From the NCBI GenBank assembly GCA_963766045.1, contig CAVXYN010000001.1, forward strand, positions 3,004 to 67,003: a stretch of DNA of 64,000 nucleotides, in the 5' to 3' direction. The position numbers were made by a program, and so were the translations under genes. Positions 42,984 to 52,143 of the stretch are shown here, one piece after another. The notes under the pieces were generated by a model that had not been told where the DNA came from, ran no database searches, and worked only from the letters and a program-made list of their open reading frames with translations. The DNA comes from an uncultured Actinomycetota bacterium. Lineage in GTDB: Bacteria; Actinomycetota; Actinomycetes; Mycobacteriales; Pseudonocardiaceae. Positions within the stretch are counted from its first letter, which is position 1, and each line of letters opens with the position of its first letter.

Positions 42984-44611
42984 CGGACGGCCTCCTGCGG
43001 CATTTTGCGGGGCAGGCGCACGGTGAACACCGCGCCTTCCTCCCGACCCACGTCAATCGTCCCACCATGCCGTCGCACCGCCTGACCGACCAGCGCCAAA
43101 CCGAGTCCGTGCCCGTCCCCCGGTTTGGTCGACCAGCCACGCCGGAAGACGTCCTCGACGGCGTCCACCCCCGGCCCGGTGTCGGCGACGCGCAGGAACA
43201 GTCCGTCCGGGCCGGAACGCGCCGTCACGACCACGCCTGGCCGTTCGCCGCCGGACGAATTCCCCACTGCCGCGTCGATCCCGTTGTCGATCAGGTTCCC
43301 GAGGATGGTCACGAGATCGCGGGGCGGGACGCCGGTGTCCGCGTCCTCCATGACGGTGTCGGGGGTGATGGTCAGCTCGACGCCGCGCTCGCTCGCTTCC
43401 GCCGCCTTTCCCAGCAGCAGCGCCGCGAGCACCGGCTCGGCCACCGCGCCGACGACTCGGTCGGTGAGTTCCTGTGCCAGCGCGAGTTCCGCGGTGGCGA
43501 ACTCGACCGCCTGTTCCGGTCGGCCGATCTCGACCAGGGATACGACCGTGTGCAACCGGTTCGCCGCCTCGTGCGCCTGAGACCGCAACGCCTCGGCCAG
43601 TCCGCGCACCGTGGTCAGTTCGCCGGTCAGCGCCTGCAGTTCGGTGTGGTCGCGCAGGATCACCACCGTGCCCATCGCCTTGCCGCGCGAGCGCACCGGG
43701 GCGGTGCTGACGACGAGCACCCGGCTCTCGGTCAGATGCAGCTCGTCGGTGCGTTCCTCACCGGAAGCGAACGCCTCCACCAGATCCTCGGGAATGTCCA
43801 AAGCGGACAGTTCCTTGCCGACCGGGTCGTCGGCGACGCCGAGCAGCGCTCGGGCGCCGTCGTTGCACAGCACCACCCGCCCGTCACCGCCGACGAGCAA
43901 CAGTCCCTCACGCATGGAATGCAGGACGGCTTCGTGATACTCGAACAGGTTGCTGAGTTCCCCGGGCGCGATCCCCCTGGTCTGCCGCCGGAGCCGCGCG
44001 CTGACCAGGTAGCTGCCGAATCCGCCCACCGCCAGTACGGCGACCGCGACGCCGACCAGGGGCCAGAGCCGTTCCCGCAACTCGGCGTCGATCGCGTCGA
44101 CGGTGATCCCGACCGACACCAGTGCGACAACCTCGCCCGCACTGCCCAGCACCGGGACGACGACCCGCTCGGACGGCCCCAGCGAACCCACGTAGGTCTC
44201 GACGACCCTGCCGCCACGCTGGGCCTCGGCGATGTTGCCGATGAACGGCTTCCCGATCAGGTCCGGATTCGGGTGGGTGAACCGGATCCCGGCCTTGCTC
44301 ATGATCGTGATGAAGTCGACGCCGGTGTCCACGCGGACGCGTTGCGCGAACGGCTGGAGCGTCTCGCTGGGATCCGATGTGGACAATGCTTCCGTCACGG
44401 TCGGCGCGTCCGCCACCGCTTCGGCGATCGCGGCCACCTGGTCGCGCGCCCGGTCCCTAGTCGCGCGGTCCGCGTCGAGATAGGCGAAGACCACCCCGGC
44501 CGCGACGAGTACGACGAGCACCACCAGCTGCAGGATCAGCAGCTGAAGGGCCAGGCTGCCGCGCCTGGTTCGAGTCCGCGTCTTCGAGGGCACCAGGTCA
44601 TACCAGCACAT
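42980..44611 (-). CDS. sensor histidine kinase (CitA/DcuS type)
   Basis: 543 aa with two TM segments flanking a Cache-like sensor, a PAS domain, an H-box region (EAANRLHTV) and an HATPase domain (NLIDNGIDA, GHGLGLALV). The exact start is uncertain. Confidence 0.85.
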   Translation of the reverse strand: MCWYDLVPSKTRTRTRRGSLALQLLILQLVVLVVLVAAGVVFAYLDADRATRDRARDQVAAIAEAVADAPTVTEALSTSDPSETLQPFAQRVRVDTGVDFITIMSKAGIRFTHPNPDLIGKPFIGNIAEAQRGGRVVETYVGSLGPSERVVVPVLGSAGEVVALVSVGITVDAIDAELRERLWPLVGVAVAVLAVGGFGSYLVSARLRRQTRGIAPGELSNLFEYHEAVLHSMREGLLLVGGDGRVVLCNDGARALLGVADDPVGKELSALDIPEDLVEAFASGEERTDELHLTESRVLVVSTAPVRSRGKAMGTVVILRDHTELQALTGELTTVRGLAEALRSQAHEAANRLHTVVSLVEIGRPEQAVEFATAELALAQELTDRVVGAVAEPVLAALLLGKAAEASERGVELTITPDTVMEDADTGVPPRDLVTILGNLIDNGIDAAVGNSSGGERPGVVVTARSGPDGLFLRVADTGPGVDAVEDVFRRGWSTKPGDGHGLGLALVGQAVRRHGGTIDVGREEGAVFTVRLPRKMPQEAVR

Positions 44612-44763
44612 CGGCGACGCGGGCGCTCGGCCCGGCCGGTCGATCTCGCACGGAATTCCCGTGAAGACGGTCGTACGAACTCAATGAACACAACCGTGAC
44701 CCAGCTCACCGGCCCGGGTGATAGTGACCGGCAACTCCCCGGACACCCCCTCACCTGGAGGCA

Positions 44764-46134
44764 ATGGTGCCTACAAATCCTACGGCGACACCGCGCCGCC
44801 GCGACAGGATGCACTACCTGTACCTGGCCGTCATCGCGGCGGTCGTCCTCGGCGTCATCGTCGGGTTCGCCGCGCCTGACCTCGCCAAAGAGCTCAAGCC
44901 TCTCGGCACGGGCTTCGTGAACCTGATCAAGATGATGATCTCCCCGATCATCTTCTGCACCATCGTGCTCGGCATCGGTTCGGTCGCGAAGGCGGCGAAG
45001 GTCGGCAAAGTCGGCCTGATGGCGCTCGGCTACTTCCTGATGATGTCGACCTTCGCGCTCGCGATCGGTCTCATCGTCGGCAACTTGCTGCACCCGGGCG
45101 CCGGCCTGCACCTCGACCCGGCCGCCGCGGCGAAGGCGCACACCCAGGCCGAAGGCGGTGAAGGCAGCGTCGACTTCCTGCTCGGCATCATCCCCACGAG
45201 CTTCGGGTCCGCCTTCACTGAAGGCCAGGTGCTGCAAACGCTCCTGGTCGCGTTACTGGCCGGCTTCGCCGTGCAGAAGCTGGGCACCAAAGGCGAGCCG
45301 ATCCGGCGCGGTATCGAGCACATCCAGCGGCTGGTATTCCGGATCCTCGCGATGATCATGTGGGCCGCCCCGGTCGGCGCGTTCGGCGCGATCGCCGCGG
45401 TGGTCGGGGAAACCGGCTGGGGCGCACTGCGCAGTCTCGCCGTGATCATGATCGGCTTCTACCTGACCTGCCTGGTGTTCGTGTTCGGCGTCCTCGGCTC
45501 GGTCCTGTGGATCGGCGCGAGGGTCAACATCTTCACGCTGCTGCGCTACCTCGGCCGCGAGTTCCTGTTGATCCTCTCGACTTCCTCTTCGGAATCGGCG
45601 CTGCCGCGGCTCATCGCGAAAATGGAGCACCTCGGGGTTTCGAAGCCCGTCGTCGGCATCACCGTGCCCACCGGATACTCGTTCAACCTCGACGGCACGG
45701 CGATCTATCTGACGATGGCGACGCTGTTCATCGCCACCGCACAGGACCAGCCGCTCTCGCTCGGCGAACAGATCTCCTTGCTGCTGTTCATGATCATCGC
45801 GTCCAAGGGTGCTGCAGGCGTCAGCGGCGCCGGCATCGCGACCCTCGCCGGCGGGCTCCAGTCGCACCGCCCGGAACTGGTCGACGGCGTCGGCTTCATC
45901 CTCGGCATCGACCGCTTCATGTCGGAAGCCCGCGCCCTGACCAACTTCGCCGGCAACGCCGTCGCCACCGTCCTGATCGGAACGTGGACCAAGGAGTTCG
46001 ACCGGGACCGGGCGGAACAGGTCTTCAGCGGCAACGCGCCATTCGACGAAGCCACCCTGCTCGACGAGCACGACGACTCGGGCCCCCACGAGGATCGTGA
46101 CGGAGAGCGGGACAAGGCCGTGGCGCTCACCTGA
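44764..46134 (+). CDS. dctA: C4-dicarboxylate/cation symporter
   Basis: DAACS family motifs are present (SSSESALPRLIAKME, GYSFNLDGTAIY, IASKGAAGVSGAG). An alternative start at ATG 44809 is possible. Confidence 0.9.
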   Translation: MVPTNPTATPRRRDRMHYLYLAVIAAVVLGVIVGFAAPDLAKELKPLGTGFVNLIKMMISPIIFCTIVLGIGSVAKAAKVGKVGLMALGYFLMMSTFALAIGLIVGNLLHPGAGLHLDPAAAAKAHTQAEGGEGSVDFLLGIIPTSFGSAFTEGQVLQTLLVALLAGFAVQKLGTKGEPIRRGIEHIQRLVFRILAMIMWAAPVGAFGAIAAVVGETGWGALRSLAVIMIGFYLTCLVFVFGVLGSVLWIGARVNIFTLLRYLGREFLLILSTSSSESALPRLIAKMEHLGVSKPVVGITVPTGYSFNLDGTAIYLTMATLFIATAQDQPLSLGEQISLLLFMIIASKGAAGVSGAGIATLAGGLQSHRPELVDGVGFILGIDRFMSEARALTNFAGNAVATVLIGTWTKEFDRDRAEQVFSGNAPFDEATLLDEHDDSGPHEDRDGERDKAVALT

Positions 46135-46151
46135 GCGCGAACGGCATGAGG

Positions 46152-46199
46152 AAACCGCGGTGCGAGGGTCCCCCGTCCTCGCACCGCGGTTTTTCTTTT
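46152..46199 (+). terminator. canonical intrinsic terminator after dctA
   Basis: AAACCGCGGTGCGAGG-GTCCCCCGT-CCTCGCACCGCGGTTT is followed by a TTCTTTTC T-rich tail. Confidence 0.8.
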
Positions 46200-46295
46200 C
46201 CTGGGGGCATTTCGTCGGCGACTCGCGGATTTGTGGACGTCGGCCGACGCACCTTCGGGGCAGGAATGGCGTAGCGCGGTGAAGCCCCCAGGCTC

Positions 46296-46326
46296 GTTGC
46301 CGAAATTCGGCAACTCCCCCTAGTGT
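46296..46326 (+). promoter_or_regulatory. 19-bp perfect palindrome overlapping a promoter-like TTGCCG-N18-TAGTGT
   Basis: GTTGCCGAAATTCGGCAAC lies at 46296-46314 and TAGTGT at 46321-46326. No annotated gene lies downstream. Confidence 0.35.
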
Positions 46327-46782
46327 CGTGCGTCGTTCATTCGCGTTGTAGGTCATGTTCGGATTCCGGCGGGTCCGCGACGTGAGGGTGCCGTGTAGTG
46401 AAGGCCACGTTCGCAACCTCTCACGCCACCACCGTCACACCAGCAACAGTCCACACTGGACAGACACGTCCCCAATGCCACATACGAGACGCTCAACGTC
46501 CCCAACGAGGCATTCGAGACACGTCGGGCACAGGTGGCCGAACACCGCCACACCGCACCGATCCTGTGCGAAAATCCGAGCCATGCCCGACGCCATCGAC
46601 CGCTACGTGATCGCTGGGGGATTCCAGGCGGTACTCGAAGCACCTCAGGACCGCCTACACGTTGCGCTACACAGGACTATGGGAACGCTGGGCCGAAGCG
46701 AACAGCGCCGATCTGCCGTTCCAGCGGATGTGGTTCGACATGCTCTGTTCACACGTGCAGCGAGCGGTGCACGCGGCGGATC

Positions 46783-47190
46783 TCAGGCGTTGACCTTCTT
46801 CTCGTCGTAGACGACGCGGGAAGCGGCGATCGAGTCGCGATGGCGCTCCGCCCACTCCAGCAGACCACTGAGCGAGGCGTACAACTCCTTGGCCATCGAG
46901 GTGGCCTCGTACTCCACCTTCGGCGGCACCGTCGGGTAAATGGTGCGGATGAGCAGGCCGTCGCGTTCGAGGTTCCGCAGGGTCAGGGTCAGCATCCGGC
47001 GGCTGATGCCTTCGACCGACCGTTCCAGCTCGGTGAACCGCACGGGACCGCGAGTGGCCTCCAGCAGGATGCCGATCGCCCATTTACCGCTGATCCGGTT
47101 GATCACCTCGAGTACGGTGCACACCTCGAGTTTCTCCGGGTCCACGACCCTCACCTGCGCGGTCACATCGGTGTTCCCCTGGGACATCAA
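46783..47190 (-). CDS. HxlR-family transcriptional regulator
   Basis: CTVLEVINRISGKWAIGILLEATRGPVRFTELERSVEGISRRMLTLTLRNLERDGLLIRTIYPTVPPKVEY is a canonical HxlR wHTH. Confidence 0.9.
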   Translation of the reverse strand: MMSQGNTDVTAQVRVVDPEKLEVCTVLEVINRISGKWAIGILLEATRGPVRFTELERSVEGISRRMLTLTLRNLERDGLLIRTIYPTVPPKVEYEATSMAKELYASLSGLLEWAERHRDSIAASRVVYDEKKVNA

Positions 47191-47302
47191 AGTGCCTCCT
47201 TCCGCCGCGGAACATAGTCACACATGATGAGTGCTGTAACAAGTGATGCACCAAGGCGTCACCTGGGGAAACACTCCACGGCATTCACAAGGGGATACCT
47301 CC

Positions 47303-48745
47303 ATGCCCGAAACAGCCCGCTCCCGAGCCCTGGCACTCGCCATACTCTGCGCCGTCTCGCTGATGGTCGTCCTCGACGGCTCGATCGTCGCCGTCGCGTT
47401 GCCGGCGATCCAGAGCGACCTCGGCTTCACGCAGTCCACGCTCGCCTGGGTGGTCAACGCCTATCTGATCGCCTTCGCCGGGCTGCTGCTGTTGTCCGGC
47501 AGGCTGGGCGACCTGATCGGGCGAAAACGGGTCTTTCTCGCCGGGCTCAGTGTGTTCACGCTCGCTTCGCTGCTGTGCGGGATCGCGCAGGACCAGACCC
47601 AGCTGGTCGTGTTCCGGTTCCTGCAGGGCGCGGGCGGCGCGCTCGCCTCGGCCGTCGTACTGGGCATGATCACCACGCTGTTCCCGGAGCCGCGGGCGCA
47701 GGCGAAGGCCATCGGCGTCTACAGCTTCACGCAGGCCGCCGGCTCCTCGATCGGCCTCATCGCGGGCGGCACGCTCACCCAGCTGCTCGATTGGCACTGG
47801 ACGTTCTTCATCAACCTGCCGATCGGCGCGGTGGCGCTGGTGCTGGCCGTCCGGCTGCTCGGAGGCGACCGCGGGACCGGACTGCGCGGCGGCGCCGACG
47901 TCACCGGTGCCGGGCTGGTCACCGGCGGCCTGATGCTGCTCGTCTACACGATCGTCAAGGCCGAGGAGTACACCTGGGGCGACGTCCGCACGCTCGGGCT
48001 GCTCACGGTGTCGCTGGTGCTGCTCGCGGGCTTCGTGCTCCGGCAGGCGAAGGCGCGCAAACCTTTGCTTCCGCTGCGCCTCTTCCGAGCCCGCGCGGTG
48101 TCCGGCGCGAACACGGTGATGGTGCTGATGGTCGCCGGCCTCTTCGGATTCCAGTTCATCACCGCGCTCTATCTGCAGCGGGTGCTCCAGCTCGACGCGC
48201 TGAGCACCGGGTTCGCGTTCCTGCCTGCCCCGCTGACGATCGCGGTGATGTCGCTGATCTTCGCCGAGAAGCTGAACCACCGGTTCGGCCCGCGGACCGT
48301 CCTCGTGGCCGGGCTGTCGATGGTCGCGCTGGCGCTCGCCTACCTCGCCACCGTTCAGGCAGGCGGCACCTACCTCGCGGACGTCCTGCCCGCACTGGTC
48401 CTGATGGGCGTCGGGTTCGGCGCGGCGATGCCGGCGCTGATGGGGCAGGCGATGTCAGGAACCGACCCGGCCGACGCAGGAGTCGCTTCGGGCCTGATCA
48501 ACACGACACAGCAGGTCGGGGCGTCGATCGGTACCGCGGTCCTCGCCACCGCCGCGGCGTCGCGCACCGGTTCGCAGCTCGCCCAAGGCGAGGTCCTGTC
48601 CGAGGCGCTCACCAGCGGCTATCGGGCCGCGTACGCGCTGAGCGCGACGTTGCTCGCGGTCGCCGTCCTTGCCGCCGCGGTTCTCCTGCGCGGCCGCAAG
48701 GAGGCGGCTCAGGAGACGTCCGTTCCCCCGGTGATCGTGGCCTGA
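47303..48745 (+). CDS. MFS transporter (DHA2/EmrB-QacA-like, 14-TMS type)
   Basis: ATG 47303 lies inside ORF 47243..48745. LDGSIVAVALPAIQSDLGF and GRLGDLIGRKRVF are MFS motifs. Confidence 0.9.
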   Translation: MPETARSRALALAILCAVSLMVVLDGSIVAVALPAIQSDLGFTQSTLAWVVNAYLIAFAGLLLLSGRLGDLIGRKRVFLAGLSVFTLASLLCGIAQDQTQLVVFRFLQGAGGALASAVVLGMITTLFPEPRAQAKAIGVYSFTQAAGSSIGLIAGGTLTQLLDWHWTFFINLPIGAVALVLAVRLLGGDRGTGLRGGADVTGAGLVTGGLMLLVYTIVKAEEYTWGDVRTLGLLTVSLVLLAGFVLRQAKARKPLLPLRLFRARAVSGANTVMVLMVAGLFGFQFITALYLQRVLQLDALSTGFAFLPAPLTIAVMSLIFAEKLNHRFGPRTVLVAGLSMVALALAYLATVQAGGTYLADVLPALVLMGVGFGAAMPALMGQAMSGTDPADAGVASGLINTTQQVGASIGTAVLATAAASRTGSQLAQGEVLSEALTSGYRAAYALSATLLAVAVLAAAVLLRGRKEAAQETSVPPVIVA

Positions 48746-49452
48746 GCCCATTCGGACAGCTCGCCGCCGAGACGCACCTCGGCGGCGCCTCCGGGTTTCC
48801 AGATCCCGCTGCCGCCGAACGCGGACATGCCGCCCGTCTTGCCGGCGTACTGGGAAAGAACCACCCACATCCCGAAGCCGGACGCGACGCGAACCTGGCC
48901 GAGGAGCCGGTCTTCCTGCCCTTCGCTGTAAAGGGCGCTGAGAAGGTACACGTCCGCACCGGCTTCCGCGAGTTCCCGGGGATGGTCCGGATTCGCGGCG
49001 TCGAGGCAGATCGCGAGGCCGAGCCTGCGGCCCCGGACCTCGACGATCACCTGCCGCTCACCCGGGTCGAAGAGCTCTTCCTCGGTGTCGTGCAGATTCC
49101 GTTTCGCATAGGTGGCAACGGTCTCGCCGTCAGGACCGAGGACAAGGGAACCGATGTACCGGCGGCCGTCTTTCAGGAGCGGAAGCCCGACGACAGCGTG
49201 GACTCCACCCGCCCGGCAAGCCTCCCTCAGTGGCTCGAGGCGTAGATCGTCCTGCGCGAGCCAGAGCGCGGGATCGGCTGCGAGCGCCTCGAGTTCGAGG
49301 CCGGTCAAGGAAAGTTCGGGAAAGACACCGACATCGACGCCCAGACCACCCGCGAGGCGGATGAGCCGTGCGTGCTCGGCGACGTTCGCAAGAACGTCGG
49401 CCGGTGCCGTGAGCGGCTGGACGGTTGCGACGTTCAACGGCTCAGGCTCCAT
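48709..49452 (-). CDS. carbon-nitrogen hydrolase (nitrilase superfamily) protein
   Basis: E-K-C triad contexts are present (FPELSLTG, YAKRNL, LAICLD). The 3' end overlaps the MFS gene by 37 nt. Confidence 0.8.
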   Translation of the reverse strand: MEPEPLNVATVQPLTAPADVLANVAEHARLIRLAGGLGVDVGVFPELSLTGLELEALAADPALWLAQDDLRLEPLREACRAGGVHAVVGLPLLKDGRRYIGSLVLGPDGETVATYAKRNLHDTEEELFDPGERQVIVEVRGRRLGLAICLDAANPDHPRELAEAGADVYLLSALYSEGQEDRLLGQVRVASGFGMWVVLSQYAGKTGGMSAFGGSGIWKPGGAAEVRLGGELSEWAQATITGGTDVS

Positions 49453-49473
49453 GCCCGGAGCTTAGCCCGTGTC

Positions 49474-49953
49474 CTAGCCCGTCGACGCGAGCAGATAGCC
49501 CCGCAGCCCCTGCTGTCCTCGCCGCATCATGAGCGCGTGGTTGATCCGGAACACCGGCCTGGCGACGCGATCCAGCTTGCGCAGCAAGGGTTTTCGCGCC
49601 TCGACCACCTGGGTGATCTCCAGCAGGGTCCCGCCGGCCGCGGGGCGCAGGTCCCCGGCCAGCGTCCCTTCGAGATCTCCGCTGAGGAGAACCCGCACGC
49701 GGCCCGAACCCTCGTCCTGCTGCTCGCGATGCATGCGGAGTTTCAGCTCGTACGGCAGCCTCGACCGGCAGACGAGTTCGGCGGTGTCATCGTCGATCTG
49801 GCTGACCGAGCGGACGTCACGCCACCACAGCGGATACGCGGCGAGGTCCACCACGGCCTCGAAAACGGCCTTGGGCGAGGCGGGCAAAACCCACGTGTCG
49901 CGGAAGCGGTATCTGCTGATACCACTTCCGCGACCCGTGGGTTTCACAATCAC
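49474..49953 (-). CDS. SRPBCC-family protein
   Basis: 159 aa. The GTG start overlaps the anti-sigma stop (GTGA). The family call is from resemblance (AVVDLAAYPLWWRDV). Confidence 0.6.
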   Translation of the reverse strand: MIVKPTGRGSGISRYRFRDTWVLPASPKAVFEAVVDLAAYPLWWRDVRSVSQIDDDTAELVCRSRLPYELKLRMHREQQDEGSGRVRVLLSGDLEGTLAGDLRPAAGGTLLEITQVVEARKPLLRKLDRVARPVFRINHALMMRRGQQGLRGYLLASTG

Positions 49954-50663
49954 ACCTGCGCCGACACCAGATTCCGGCCGTCAAGGGTCACGACGTCGAC
50001 CGAAGCGACGTCGTTGGGAGCGACCAGTGCCGAACCGTCGATCCCGGTGCCCTCGCGTTCGCCCTTCTCCGAAACCAGCCAGCTGCCGGCATTGACCCGT
50101 TCGCCGCTCTTGGTCACCACGACGAGCTGGCACTTCTCGCCTTCGTGGACGCCTTCCGCCTTGGCGTGCAGCCGGATCCAGCCCGCCGCCGGAGTGACAC
50201 GGACCGCCAGCTGCGCTCCCGTATCCCGGTTGGTGGCAGCGAGATCACGGGTTCCCGGGACCGGTGCACCCGCCGTCGTCGGTACCGGAAGTGCCACGGT
50301 CGACGGTTCCGGCGACGTCTGCCTGCCGACCAGAACTCCGCCACCGAGCGCCACCACGGCCAGTACCGCGGCCGCAGCGACCGCGAGGAACCTGCGCGGC
50401 TTCTGCGCCTGAGTTCCTTCTTCTTCGCGAACCTGACGCAGCATGCGCTGCAACAGGAGGTCACCGCCGTCGGGAGGTCCTTCGAGGAAGGCCTCCGGCG
50501 GCACGTCGTCGAGGTGGAACCTCAGCTCCGAAAGCTCCCGCACCTCACGACGGCACGGGGGACAGGTCGCCAGATGCGCCTCGAAGTTGGCCGCCTCCGG
50601 CGGGGTGAGCCCGCCAAGGACGTAGGCCGCAAGCTGACCCTGGTCATGTCCAACCGCACTCAT
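49950..50663 (-). CDS. anti-sigma factor (zf-HC2 type, single TM)
   Basis: It carries the H-x3-C-x2-C motif HLATCPPC, a central TM segment (FLAVAAAAVLAVVALGGGVLV), and a start that overlaps the sigma-factor stop. Confidence 0.8.
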   Translation of the reverse strand: MSAVGHDQGQLAAYVLGGLTPPEAANFEAHLATCPPCRREVRELSELRFHLDDVPPEAFLEGPPDGGDLLLQRMLRQVREEEGTQAQKPRRFLAVAAAAVLAVVALGGGVLVGRQTSPEPSTVALPVPTTAGAPVPGTRDLAATNRDTGAQLAVRVTPAAGWIRLHAKAEGVHEGEKCQLVVVTKSGERVNAGSWLVSEKGEREGTGIDGSALVAPNDVASVDVVTLDGRNLVSAQV

Positions 50664-51310
50664 CGAGCTACCTCCGTCCCGGCTCCGGACATCACGGCTC
50701 TGAGCGCCCGTAATGCGTAATACGATCTAGACTTAACGGTACCTGGGGCAACGCCCAGTGATCTCGCCGCTTCGGCCACCGTTCGGCCCCGGTAATAGAT
50801 CTCCACCAGAACCTCACGATGTTCCATGGACAGGCCGTCCATGGCTCCTAGTACGGCCATTGAATCCACGACGCTCTGCGCGTGATCCCGTTCCACTGCG
50901 GGGGTGGGAACGCCCTCTTCGGGTTCCGCCACCTCCGGCGGCCTCGCCGCCCTGGCCCGAGCGCGGTCGGTGACGATGTTGCGGGCGACTGTGAGCAGCC
51001 AGCCCCGCACCGATCCCTTCGCGTCGTTCTCCAGGTCCTCGGCGTGCTTCCAGGCGCGGACCAAGGTCTCCTGCACCACGTCCTCGGCGGCCGCGCGATC
51101 CCCGGTCAGCCTTGTCGCGTATGCCAGCAGGCTTCGCCCGTGTTCGGCATACAAGTGCCGGACCAGGTCCTCGCCCTTGGCCTTTTTCGGCCGCCAGCCT
51201 CCGATCGCCACTCGTGTCCTCCCGACGGTCTTCTGGGTCGGCGAGGACAGTACTGCAACCCGCAGTGGCAGGGTGGATCGCTCGGTGTGTGCCGCGAGCG
51301 AACTGTGCAT
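50660..51310 (-). CDS. ECF-family RNA polymerase sigma factor
   Basis: Region 2 (LLAYATRLTGDRAAAEDVVQETLVRAW) and region 4 (EVLVEIYYRGRTVAEAARSLGVAPGTVKSRSYYALRALR) are present. I prefer ATG 51310, which follows GAGGAGAGG, over GTG 51316. Confidence 0.9.
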   Translation of the reverse strand: MHSSLAAHTERSTLPLRVAVLSSPTQKTVGRTRVAIGGWRPKKAKGEDLVRHLYAEHGRSLLAYATRLTGDRAAAEDVVQETLVRAWKHAEDLENDAKGSVRGWLLTVARNIVTDRARARAARPPEVAEPEEGVPTPAVERDHAQSVVDSMAVLGAMDGLSMEHREVLVEIYYRGRTVAEAARSLGVAPGTVKSRSYYALRALRAVMSGAGTEVAR

Positions 51311-51486
51311 CGACACCCGCCTCTCCTCGGTTCTCCATGGCCGCCTCCTCTTGCAACCGACACGGACGGCCGGGCGGAACGGTTCAAAGAAATTTCAGAA
51401 GTTTCGGCGCTTGTCGATCACACAGGGCGCTCGTATGCTGACGCCTCCGGACTCCGCCGCCACCTGAATCCCCGGGAGGTGGCGGC

Positions 51487-52143
51487 GTGCCAAGAAAACT
51501 CGCGGCTTCGTTGGTATCGGTGCTGGTCATCGCGGCCGGTTGCGCCGACGAGCCGACGGAGCCCGCGCCGGGGTTGACCGCGACACTCGCGGATCCGACG
51601 AATGTCGTCCTGAGCTGGCCTGATGACGACCCGAACGCGGCGGGCCGGATCGTCGAATACACCACCGACCCGAACGGTGAGTACACGATCCTGCAGTTCG
51701 TGCCGCCCCGGCAGACGAGCTACCGCCATCCGGATCTGATCCCGGAGACCCGGTTCCAGTACCGGATCCGGCCGTTCTACGGTCCGGTATCCGAGATGGT
51801 GACCGCGGACGGCCCGGGCGTGTCGGCTCCCGAGGGGCCGGTCGTGCCGCTGCGATCCGGTGGCCGGAGTGCGGCGCCTGCCGGGTTCCAGGCCAAGCCG
51901 GCCGAAGACGAGATGGTGCACTTCGCGTGGGCCGACCGGTCGAGCGACGAGGACGGCTTCCTCGTGGAGATCAAGAAGCCCGGCGCGGCGGAGTTCGTCC
52001 CGATCGAGTTCGTCGATCCGGGGACGACGTCGGCGGCGCTCGCCTTGATGCCGGATGAGAAGGGCTCCTCGTACCGGCTGCGGGCCTTCTACTACGGCCC
52101 GCCGTCTCCCGTCGTCGACCAGACCACCGGCAAAGCCTCGTGA
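51487..52143 (+). CDS. lipoprotein with two fibronectin-type-III-like domains
   Basis: GTG 51487 follows GGGAGG. A lipobox is present (VLVIAAGC). Two FN3-like repeats are visible (LSWPDDDPNAAGRIVEY...YRIRPFY and FAWADRSSDEDGFLVE...YRLRAFY). Confidence 0.6.
   Translation: MPRKLAASLVSVLVIAAGCADEPTEPAPGLTATLADPTNVVLSWPDDDPNAAGRIVEYTTDPNGEYTILQFVPPRQTSYRHPDLIPETRFQYRIRPFYGPVSEMVTADGPGVSAPEGPVVPLRSGGRSAAPAGFQAKPAEDEMVHFAWADRSSDEDGFLVEIKKPGAAEFVPIEFVDPGTTSAALALMPDEKGSSYRLRAFYYGPPSPVVDQTTGKAS

Noticed and set aside
46466-46525. The repeated ACGTCCCCAA motifs were considered as the C-rich loops of a 6C-type actinobacterial sRNA.
   Set aside because: I could only draw 3-4-bp stems around the CCCC runs and the first repeat does not pair at all. 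The resemblance is too weak to call without a covariance-model search.
46398-46610. A Thr-rich 70-aa ORF (MKATFATSHATTVTPATVHTGQT...) considered as a possible RiPP precursor or leader peptide.
   Set aside because: By hand count about half of its codons end in A/T, unlike host genes. It has no SD and no modifying enzyme, transporter or protease genes nearby. The composition is explained by the C+A-rich strand bias of the gap.
51376-51403. GGAAC in the ECF sigma/lipoprotein spacer, considered as an ECF -35 element with a downstream GTT.
   Set aside because: The spacing to the nearest GTT is about 20 nt, longer than the 16-17 nt expected for GGAAC-N-GTT promoters. There is no support beyond the pentamer.
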